From Octopus bimaculoides (lineage: Eukaryota), in assembly GCF_001194135.2 (NCBI RefSeq), contig NC_068986.1:35651372-35715371 (forward strand): a DNA stretch of 64,000 nt, read 5' to 3'. The translations under genes and the position numbers were made by a program. This document shows, one piece after another, positions 40,501 through 52,284 of the stretch (positions within the stretch are counted from its first letter, which is position 1; the number at the start of each line of letters is the position of its first letter). The notes beneath the pieces were generated by a model, which did no database searches, was not told the origin of the DNA, and was given only the letters and a program-made list of their open reading frames with translations.

Positions 40501-43500
40501 TTCTATAGACGAGACCAGAAAAGTACTGGAAGAATATTTTTCATCACGGACAAGTGAATTTTGGAAGAGGAGCCTTGTAAGTCTTCAAGACAGATGGAAG
40601 AACATTGCAGAAAATGAAGGAGAGTATATTTTAGATTAAAAAAGAACTTAGTTTCACTTAATTTTGAAAAACGAAAACACAACCTGCATTATTTATGGGA
40701 TGACCCTATATATGACGGGCTTCTTTCAGTTTCCGTTCACAAATCCACTCGCAAAAGTGGACCGAGATGCCACGTAATGGGAACGATCGCAGAACCATGT
40801 AGTTGGGAAACAAACGTCTTACCACACAGCCACGCCTGCGACTGAAGGTATCTTTTTACACTGTTACCGCGGAACATTGGTGTCAACAAGGTTCGAACAT
40901 GTGATAAAAGTAACATTAATCAAGAAACGTATCCTCGAAAGATTAGCACAGCTGAAGACAGAAATGTATTCTTAGACTACAAATTAGAAAAAAAACCCCA
41001 AAAAAACCCGAAATAAAAAAAAAATTCTTCCAAAACAAAATCAACATTTCTTGTGATTAGGAAGAAAAGTATTGATCATTAAGTAGAAAAATATATCGCT
41101 GTAACAGGAGACAGCAGACTTTGCTAAAAGCTGAGATGATTCAATAAGTGTTTACCGAATCACTGTCCAGTAGATGAATATTGATGTATAAGAAAATTAT
41201 TGTTCATTTGATTATAACCATCTATTTACTTATTTATCCATCCGTCTGTCTATCCATCTATTTATTTCTATAGTTTTATGCGTGCATGTTTTTTATATAT
41301 ATATATATATATTCGTCATATCAGATGTCAGAATTTCATTATCTGTCTAACGACATTACGATCATATCTCATGTTGTTAGTGTGTACATTCCAACATAGG
41401 TAAACATTACACTAGCCGTGATGAGGTGCTGAGATGACCTCTATGTGGTCGTTCAACTTAAGTAACAACAAACTCTCTAGGAGCAGTTTATGAAAAGTAG
41501 TCCGCAAACCGAACAACAACGGAATACATTTAATGTATTATGTTATGAAGGAAATAAATTTATATTGACGATTCGGACAATTTTTCCTTTGTCAAGATTG
41601 GCAGAGAAGAAAAGGAGAAGAAATAGTTCGAGAAAAAATGTATGAATTATCGAAATAGTATGGGAAATAGCGAAACGGAAGTGGGTAAGGGTATGTGGCT
41701 TGTAACGGAGGAGTGCGTATTGGATGGTGAGTATATATTAGGTATGTGCTGAAAGAATTAGTTGTGCGAGCGAGTTGTGGGGAGGCTGAAAGGGGAGAGA
41801 ATATATGAGTATGTACGCGAGAGCAGGTGTAATATTGATGTAATAAGCATGTATGCACGTACAGGTGTGTGTGAGGTAAAGCATTGTTTTAGTTTAATAT
41901 AAATAAGGTGTCGTGTATGTGTGTTTGTAATAGGAATGATGCTAATATATGTGGATGTTTATTTGTGTGAAGGGAAGGGCAGGGGAAAATCTAATCGATT
42001 ACTAATGGCTTCAGGAATGGCTATCTTTAAGTAGATTAAATGCCGTTCGCGAATGAATCAGGATAGCAGATGTGCCGTGTATTCTAGAATACATCAAACA
42101 AGATATTGTTGGATATATGGGTGCGTGCTGGCGCGCGTTTGTGTGAAGCTACGTAAAGATTTATAAATTTACCTGTTGCTTTAATTATTATGTATGTATG
42201 TATGTGTGTCAGGGATTGCCTATGTTAGAGAATGCATGTGTGTAAACATAAATTCCGTAATCACTCATTTCATCAAGGAGCTTAACATGATTATCATTAT
42301 AGGCATATAATCTATGTATTGTATGAAATCACATTTTTATTTGCGTGTTTCTAAATTTTTCTATTTTCCTTGTATATGTGTGCATGCGAATGCATGTATG
42401 TGTAGGTTATAACGCCTGGATATGTACATATCCGCATGTGTATGCACGTTCGCATGAGCTTATAAGTGAATTTTCTATACGTGTATGCATGTGACGCATG
42501 TACATATATCCACTGCATGATATAAATAGCTGTTTGTAGATTTTTTTGCTGTTGAACTATGAACAAAACTTTCAGAAAAATTATCGCAATCTATGTTATT
42601 CAATATGTTTTTCTTTTACGAAAGTGGTTGAGTTTAATGTAAGAGAGACCAGGTTACTGTTTCTAGCAGGTCAAGCAACCCCATTACCTGTATATAATTC
42701 ATATGTATAAAACTATTGTATTCACTTGTATTTTTTATTGCAAACCTTCATGTACTTACGCGTTTGCATGAATTTAATTGTTAAAAATTGCTTTAATCTA
42801 AGCTACAGGCTTACGTATATATTTCAAGTTGTAGCAGCTGCAAAAACATGCATAATTTACTGTAGTGTAGAAGGACCGTTAAAATTTAATATGCAGGAAA
42901 AGGTGTCTCTGTGGGCTAAAATTAATTCAATGTTGTGTGGAGATATTCAAATCGTTGTATCAGGCTTACATACAGTTGGAGCGCAATAAATATGATCTAA
43001 ACTTGTCTTAAGGAATACCTGAATAATATGAATAACTGAAACCAAGCATGAGAAATAAGGGAGATAGCAATATAATATGGTGTAGATTATTGTATGGAAT
43101 TAAATCAAGAAGAAAGAAATAAAAACAGAAGAAAAAAATAGCAACTTACCATTAGCATCTAGAGGGATTAAATCTTTTCCACTGATAACTGGAATAGAAA
43201 TAAAAAGAAATATGATAATTGTTTTACTCGTATTTGTGTATTTATAAATATACGCAGTGTGGTCGAATGGTTAAAGACTTTCCTTTGCAATCACGAGATT
43301 CTGGGTTCGATCCAACAGCGTAGCATTTTGAGTAAGTATCATTTTTCGTATCCTCGGGTCATCTCAGATTTTGCAATGAAACCGATTGGGTAGAAACTGT
43401 CGGAGGGATTTTATCTGCAACTGAGAAGCCCAGCTTTGTAACGCTGTTATGTCGATTCCGCCTGAAGTTACATAAAGGGTACCCGTGACTGTGGAATACG

Positions 43501-46500
43501 CAACCGCTTACAAGCTAATTTAATGAACCTGATTTCTTACTTTATTGAACAACTCAAAATTCTTGGTTGGAAATTGTGATCGAGGTCCAGTTTACTCATA
43601 TATTTCCTAGTGGTTCCCGTGGAAATTCTACTGTGTAAATCGGCATATTTGAAAATATTATGCTAATATATTAAACACAAACAAAGGATTTCAAAAACTT
43701 CTTTTAAAATCCTGCCATTTAATCAAAGCTGTACTTCTAAATTTAAACATGGTTGAAATGAACTTAGAAGTTATTACTTATTTATCTTCCGCAGCTATTA
43801 GTTAACTAAGGTTATTTCACTATAATTTAATTATAAATCGATGTATCTTTTGGTATATATAAATTTGTAGTTCGTTACAGCATCATTTCATTATATAAAA
43901 CATTTCGATTGTGCGTGCGATTTGAACCCAAATGCAGAATGATATAGACCTTCTCCTTTATATATATAAATAATCTTTTTCTATTCGTGTTATTTCCTCC
44001 ATGAGCCTAACACATAATAGGCAGACCACTCGAAGTAGCTAAAGCTATAAATAGCGTGTAGAATATTGGGTATAAAACTTCTTGGATGGAAAAAAAAATC
44101 GAAGGCTGTCCGTGGACTTGAACCGACATCTGCTGTAAGCAAGACAGACGTTCTAACCATCCTAACAAAACAACCATTCGAATTTCCTCCATCCAGTTTA
44201 CAGAAAATATGGGTTCAAGTCCCACGGGTAGCCCTCGACTGTTTTTTTCCATCCAAGGGTATTTTAAACCCAATATTCTGTACAGTATTACTTATAGATT
44301 TAGCTAAGGCGGCGCGCTGGCAGAATCGTTAGCACGCCGGTCAAAATGCTTAGCGGCATTTCGTCCATATTCTTAATTCATTTTTTTTTCAATGTATCAT
44401 CTAAAACGGATCTTTTAGATCGAAATTTAATGAAATAGAAACAATAAAGCTTTTTTTTAAAATTAAAATTACAGTGTATAGGTTTTAAAGTTCATATCCT
44501 NNNNNNNNNNNNNNNNNNNNNNNNNNNNNNNNNNNNNNNNNNNNNNNNNNNNNNNNNNNNNNNNNNNNNNNNNNNNNNNNNNNNNNNNNNNNNNNNNNNN
44601 NNNNNNNNNNNNNNNNNNNNNNNNNNNNNNNNNNNNNNNNNNNNNNNNNNNNNNNNNNNNNNNNNNNNNNNNNNNNNNNNNNNNNNNNNNNNNNNNNNNN
44701 NNNNNNNNNNNNNNNNNNNNNNNNNNNNNNNNNNNNNNNNNNNNNNNNNNNNNNNNNNNNNNNNNNNNNNNNNNNNNNNNNNNNNNNNNNNNNNNNNNNN
44801 NNNNNNNNNNNNNNNNNNNNNNNNNNNNNNNNNNNNNNNNNNNNNNNNNNNNNNNNNNNNNNNNNNNNNNNNNNNNNNNNNNNNNNNNNNNNNNNNNNNN
44901 NNNNNNNNNNNNNNNNNNNNNNNNNNNNNNNNNNNNNNNNNNNNNNNNNNNNNNNNNNNNNNNNNNNNNNNNNNNNNNNNNNNNNNNNNNNNNNNNNNNN
45001 NNNNNNNNNNNNNNNNNNNNNNNNNNNNNNNNNNNNNNNNNNNNNNNNNNNNNNNNNNNNNNNNNNNNNNNNNNNNNNNNNNNNNNNNNNNNNNNNNNNN
45101 NNNNNAAATGACGATTGCAAATGTTTTTCTACTGTTCCAATGTATCATTTGAGAAGGACCCTTTACCTCTATATTTCTTAGACCGCATGGTATCGCCCTC
45201 TGGGGAATTGGGGACTGTAGTGGTGGAAAATTTTATGTGGATATTGGGCTAAAAGCGGTCGGTAGATGGTGATAGATGCATGTTATTTTTCCCTATTTAA
45301 ATATTAATTCAAAAAAAAAAAAAAAAAGGAATTAAATCACATCAATACAGTAGTAACCCCAAAATGTGAACAAGTAAATAAACAAAACGGAATCTGTATT
45401 ACCCATGCTTAAAGTGTTAGCTTAAATAGTGAGGGGCTGTGCTAAATTGTCAGTTACGTCAAAGTAGAACCCAAAACCAAATTACGCTGGCCGGATTGGT
45501 ATTACACATATGTACATTAAAAATGGGGAATGAGAAGGCGTTAAATTGTAGTAGAGAAGGGGCTGTCAAAAAGTGTTTGTAAAAGGGAAGGGTAATTGAT
45601 GAAAATTGTTTTAGATACTCTGTTTTACATCGAAATATAATCAAAACGAAACAAAATTAATTTCATTAAAATTGCATTGTACGGTTTTCAAACTTCTATT
45701 CAACTTCGTATGCATTCTATTTCAAAATAAATAAAAAAGCAAAACTCTTTTAAAACTATTTTATATTTAACTTGGGCAGATTTCAACCATACAAGATTTT
45801 TTGACCTTTTCTTGTGAATACAGCTGACTGCTTTCATCATTTTAGGGAAGGATTCTTAAACGGAAGATAGTAGTTATACCAAGTGGAAATTTTTCAGTAA
45901 TTCATCTCTGTAGAACTAGTTGATGAAACTCTACAACAACAGTATAGGGATGATTTTCGAATACAATATAAAATCGAACATTTTTGAGATTTACTTTGGC
46001 AGCCGACAGTAGACAATTTCTTTTCGCTGTCTCTGTTCCAGTGTATGAAGAGTAGTTGATAGACAGTTATAATATCGATTGGATTTAATGTTATGAACTA
46101 GAGGATTTCAAACACAATGCTAGGAGCCAAGACCTCACTACGTGTCGTAACATAAAAGAAAATGGAAACCCAACAAAACGAAATTTTAAACTGTTAAAAA
46201 TGCAGTAACATGCTGTCTTTGTGATGAGTCCTATTACATAATTCTATATCTTTTGTTCTCTGGAACAAACTTTTACTATGTTTGAGTGTAGGTGTATACA
46301 ATTCAAAAGAACATTGAAGAAACAATGTATGTAAAAATTACTAGCAAGTTTTTATTCAAGAAAATTAATTCACGACATGTACAACAGCCATATTGATTAT
46401 AAATATATCGGATTTTTAATTTCTTGTCGCTGATTTATCTATATTTTTGCCGTTATTTTTCCCCCCATATCACTAATATTGTTGGCTAATATTGTTTTCA

Positions 46501-49500
46501 TTGTTTCAGAGTTTGGAATTACTGTTATCTTCGTTGTTGATATCTTTGCTTGGATTGTTTACTCATTCAGTGTCTGGTGTTATTGCCATATTTAGAATGA
46601 AGTGTATATGTGTGTGTATCATGGTACTTGTTTAGAGTTAGTATAGACCTCTACGGTGCATGTAGTTTGACAAGTCATTGTTCTGTGTTCAAGTCTGCTG
46701 TGGTAAATTTTGTCAGCATTTTAACCCACGCGAACTCAGCCTTTTCTCTCTTTCTGGAGAAAGACAGCATTCCTAATAATTTTCACGGCCGCCGAGATAT
46801 GTGACCGGAAGGGAGGAAGTTATTCTCAAACTCGAGACCGAGTTAGAATGCAATAAAGCGGACTGTACTTAAAAGTATTGTATGACCAAGTGATAGCATT
46901 AAACCGCGTGAATGATTAAGTTCACCCCTCAAGAAAGGACAGCTGGATAACAAGAAGAATCATATGAGAGCCTTCTGCTGATATCAAATTTGTTAATTCT
47001 TTCATAAAACATGCTAATCCTTGCACAGTAGTTAACAAAAACTGCACATTAGTTGCCTGTAGAGTCAACTGGGTAAACAGCACATTTTACTGCATATAAG
47101 GACGATATGATCTCAATCATTAACTATTGATTCGATTCGATTCGTTAGCAGCCCTAAAATTTTGATTCTTACGTTAACAAAAAGAACATATTTCATAAGA
47201 GCATACACTATCAAGATAGGTTGTTTTTTTTCCTGTTTTGCTTTAGACCAGGTCTGCTAGCGAATAATTGTAATCAATTCTATTCCATCAGTAGCCAATT
47301 TATACTGTGTTGTTCTGTATTTAAGAAAGTTAATGCGATCTGAGCGAAATTTGGCTAATATTTCTAGGGGGGGGGCTACAACAGTATACGTGGAGGCGCA
47401 ATGGCCCAATGGTTAGGGCAGCTGACTCGCGGTCATAGGATCGCAGTTTCGATTCCCAGACCGGGCGTTGTGAGTGTTTATTGAGCGAAAACACCTAAAG
47501 TTCCACGAGGCTCCGGCAGGGGATGGTGGCGAACCCTGCTGTACTCTTTCACCACAACTTTCTCTCACTCTTACTTCCTGAGTTTCTGTTGTGCCTGTAA
47601 TTCAAAGGGTCAGCCTTGTCACACTCTGTGTCACGCTGAATATCCCCAAGAACTACGTTAACGGTACACGTGTCTGTGGAGTAATCAGCCACTTGCACGT
47701 TAATTTCACGAGCAGGCTGTTCCATTGATCGGATCAACTGGAACCCTCGACGTCGTAAGCGACGGAGAGCCAACAACAACAACAACAACAGCATATAAGT
47801 TTTTTTTGTTGGATAGAACAAGATGGACATATTTTTGTCATTGGTTTCTTTTTATCTTCGGCGAGAGGAAGTTCTATCTTGGTCGCAATTCTTAAAAAAC
47901 ACATTTAGTTTCTGTGAGAAATATCAAGTTTATATGTAAGCTTATCTGTTTTACTGGAACATGTTTTATGTGACAGTTTGGCAAAGCAATGACATTTATA
48001 TAGTTTATGGAAAAGAAATCATCGAAATGTCATAAGAGATAACAAAAATATTTTTTTTACCTTCCACTAATAACGTCTGGACTTCATATTTGTAAAAAAC
48101 CCGGATGTTTAATATACCGTAAGGACTAGTTTCTGTTTGGTCCTATAGGAAAAGAAAGCAAAAAAATGGTGTGAAAAAGAGCAATAGCAAAGAACCCCAC
48201 CCTAAAACAAGGGAGCCTACGTACAGAAAAAAATATACCACCAACAACTTCTATATCCATGTAAATGAAGAGTATTTCAAAATGCTAAAAATCAAATTAT
48301 TTTTTCTATCATTGGCACAAGGCCAGCAATTTCGAGGAAGAAGTTAAATCGATTACATTGACCCCAGCGCTAGACTGGCGATTATCTGCAATGCATATGT
48401 AAATACAAGTCAACTGATATTCATGATTACCAACTAAAAGTCAACCGCAACACATTCTAACTATATGTTAGAGGCTGAAAGATTCAAGCGCGTCTCATCT
48501 CCAGTATATTTACCCATTGATATGCACCAAAATCTGTCTTTTACTTTATTCACATGCTCTACGCGTTTGTATGTACAGATACGCGAGCCTTTGCAAATTT
48601 GTTCGCGTGCGCCTGAATGCAGGGACCAAGATGCGAATTCATCTCTGTGAATGTATATGTGTAACTAATTTGAATATATATATATATATATATCTTCATA
48701 TACATACATACAGGGTGCGATGGGTAAATTGTTGCCATTCTATATTTTTAATTTCGCGCATGCTCATTGTTTGTTTTTTGATTTTGTCGATTACAATACG
48801 ACACAATTTTTTCTGCCAGAGATTTGGAAACGACATGATGTACTGCTTGCCATTCGCACCGGAAGCGCCAATACGAATAGATAGATGGTGAACACACAGA
48901 ACAACCGTTGGGTTGCTGTGTCCCCAAAACATGTACTGAGAGTGATAAAAACAAAACATCCAGTCAACATCATGGTGCTTGGAGTGATCACTAGTGATGG
49001 CGACGTTACATCTCCATCTTCCCACAGAAGAATAATAGTGTGTGTGTATGTGTGTGTGTGTGTGTGTGTGAGAGTACATTCTGTAAATAAAAAATAATAG
49101 TAAGTTTAAAGTTTATAATTATTATTATTTACAGAAATTTCCCTCGTCACCGCTTCTCCATTTATGATATATATTTTCTCTGTATTTTCCAAAGAAAACA
49201 CAGATGATCTTAAGTAAACCTCATTGACAAAAAAAAATTGTCATCAATTGTACCACTCGACCATGCTGGCGTGTGCGTATGATTAAAAGCAGACACCCAC
49301 ACGTTAAACGGACCCTTATGACTAAATACTCGCATACACATCCACACATGTATGTGTGTGTGTGTGTGTGTGTATGTAGTCGTTTACACATTGTTTCATT
49401 TCAAAGAATACTTCTAAATATTGCTCATCATTTATATAATGTGATTTACGACATGTCTCTTCCAGTTGTCTTACATATTCACAAGTGATTTCTGTAATCC

Positions 49501-52233
49501 TTTTAATTCAGGATTTAATCTATTAACTTCCTCACACCCTTCTTGAATAAAGCTGATTTTGCTATTTTTTTCCATGCAGAATCGAAGAGAAACTTTTCCA
49601 AGCCCACGCAAAGATTTTAGCTGAAAAGATGTCAAACCACGTTTGTTTTTACATAAAAAAATATAATACAAAGGAAAAAGACTTCTATTTTTTTTTCTTT
49701 TTGTCCAAATATTATTCTTCAGTTATATTTGTTTTCTTTTTGATAGTAAATTTTACCCAACAAAGTTCCATAGAATCTTTAAAGGGAGAAATAACAAAAA
49801 ACGTTACTATTATCATGATATGTACTGTATCCAAGAAGCAACGAAAGTTATTACACTGGGTTTCTAACTTTGTACTATGTAACATTTTTATTTTAAGATA
49901 TGAGCTACAAATTTCAGCCTGGGTTGTATGGAAGCCAGTGGAGGAGTCAAATTCTTTGAAGGTTTGAATTATTTTCGTTCAGTGGTGTTCTGCGTATCAA
50001 TCCGCCTTTGGACGGTTCCATTATCGTTCTAGCCGTCTTTACTATAAGTTGATATAACCTCTCGTTCAGCCGTTCTCCTCCTCTGAAGAAAGGGACAGTA
50101 AGTGTTCTCCGCACGATCCCTCTCACGGTGGGACATAATTGATTGAGAGGGAGAGAGAAATATTAAGCTGCATCTGGTGGTGAGGCGCCAGTTCAGGAGT
50201 TCTGGAACTATGGAGAGCGTAGAGTCACTCCTTAATTACCATAACTTCTGGGTTCATTCTAGTCCGGAACGGTAGTACCCTTCAGGGTACCCATCTATGG
50301 GTTAAATAAATTTTTTAAGGGTAGATTGAGCTCCATAGCTGCAGTGAATCTAGAAGGAAAGCTCCACTATTAAAACCCTCTTCCAGCATACCTTAAGCCA
50401 TCACGGAAGAGTTTGGCCGATAAAACCAACACGAGGTATGTCCAATAACATAGATTCATACTATGAAGGCAACTATCGCATGTTAGTGCACATTCTGCCG
50501 CAGGCGGAGATTGCTGGTGATGATGTTAGGATCACATGGTTCCGGGTTCAGCGTGGTACCTTGGACGAGTGTTGACCAAAGCCTTCTGAGTGGATTAGGC
50601 AAACAGGAAGTGAAAGAATTCTATCGTGTGTGTGTGTGTGTGTGTGTGTATCTGTGCGTGTGTCACTACCACTTGACAACCAGTGTTGGTTTGTTTACGA
50701 CCCCGTAACATAGTGGTTCGGCAACAGAGAGAGATAGAATAAGTACCAAGCTTAAAAAAAGCAAGTACTGAAGTCGTTTCATTCAACTAAAATTTCAAGG
50801 CGGTACCTCAGCATGGGCACAGTCTAATGACTGAAACAAGTAAAAGAAAGATAAATAAAAGTTAATCACACAAATGTTGAGTAAGTAATAGAAGTCTTGT
50901 ATAGTTTACCTGTTCATCTAATTTCTCTTGGTAAAACTGTTCTATCAAATCTCTTGTGTCTTCTTTATGGAGAGCCAGTTGTTCTCGTAGGTCCTACAGC
51001 ATAAAGGGAACGTACGGTGTTTTATTGATACAAGAGCAGCAACATCACAAATGAAATCAGCGACTACAATGGCGACAAGAACGTCAACGATAAAATAAAC
51101 ACATCCAGTGAGAAGATATACAAACCTGGAATTGTTTATCTGTTAACATTGTATCCATACTGAGACCTTTGTTGTTCGCGTAGAAAAACTCTAAAAGTAG
51201 AGTTAAAGCATCGTACATTCGTTGGTAGAAAACTTGGTGTTTCTGAAAGAGAAATATGTTTATATATATATATATAGAACAGCCATTTATGATCGTTTAT
51301 TGCAGCTGCTTTCTTGAGGTTTCTTTCTTTATTAGGTTTCTTCCTTTCACCTTTTGGTACGGAGAATAACTAATATAATGGAGCATATTTATTAACTTAT
51401 TTTGCATTTTAATTTCTGAACTATGATGTCATTCCAAAGGACAAATCGTGGGTTAATTACATTTTTTTTACGCTGGGGGTGACAAGAGAGTGTCTGTAAC
51501 TCAATGTAGACTCAACCACTCACCGAAACCCATCCAGCAGAAAATCTAGGATGCAATAGCTGGAAGCAGAGAGAACTGCACCAGCAGTCGACTCCAGCTC
51601 GTTTTAGGCTGATCAAACTGGGGCAACGTGAAATGATATTCTTTGCTCAAAGAGACAACGCGCTGCTGGTTACATGACTCGAAACCCATGACTTTATATT
51701 TGCCAGACCTACAGGCTACTTGCTAAGCATTGTGTCTTCACACAAACTGCAATAGTCCAATCGATAGTATGTAGATTTGCAGCTATGTAACTTCATTAAG
51801 TGTATATACATTTATATACATTCATATGAACACTCATTCATACAGCCACATACATGCTTATTACATGTAAATTCTCTGTTCGTAAGCATGCAGCATAATT
51901 CCCGAAATAAAATGGCTTTTAAATTCCATTATTTGATTAAAAGTTATTACAAGAAATGAGAAAAATATTCTTGGCCAACAGCGAAGAGAAGATAGAAAAT
52001 ACATAAGGTGAATGTTTACTGTGAGAAAATTAATGATGAAGCGATAAAGTTTACTGTGAGGTTGTTATTGACATTTGAAGTGAACAATTTAAATCCGCTG
52101 ATTATACATATTAAGACATACGCAAACACTTACAAACACTAACTCGAACACAGACACATGAGCGCGTGTGTCCTCTCTCTGTAAGTATAAGCGTATTGCG
52201 ATCGTCACTTGTTTGATAAATGTGTGTCAGTAT

Positions 52234-52284
<51 letters not shown>

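Noticed and set aside
44103-44175. Possible tRNA-Ala(TGC) gene
   Set aside because: The T stem and part of the anticodon stem do not pair; treated as a tRNA-derived repeat head, as are the SINE A, B and C heads
49540-49620. Mutually exclusive alternative to the 82-nt C2B-start exon (LGKVSLRF vs YGILNIRV)
   Set aside because: No GT donor in phase 1 at the matching position, so it cannot splice in frame to the 39-nt exon
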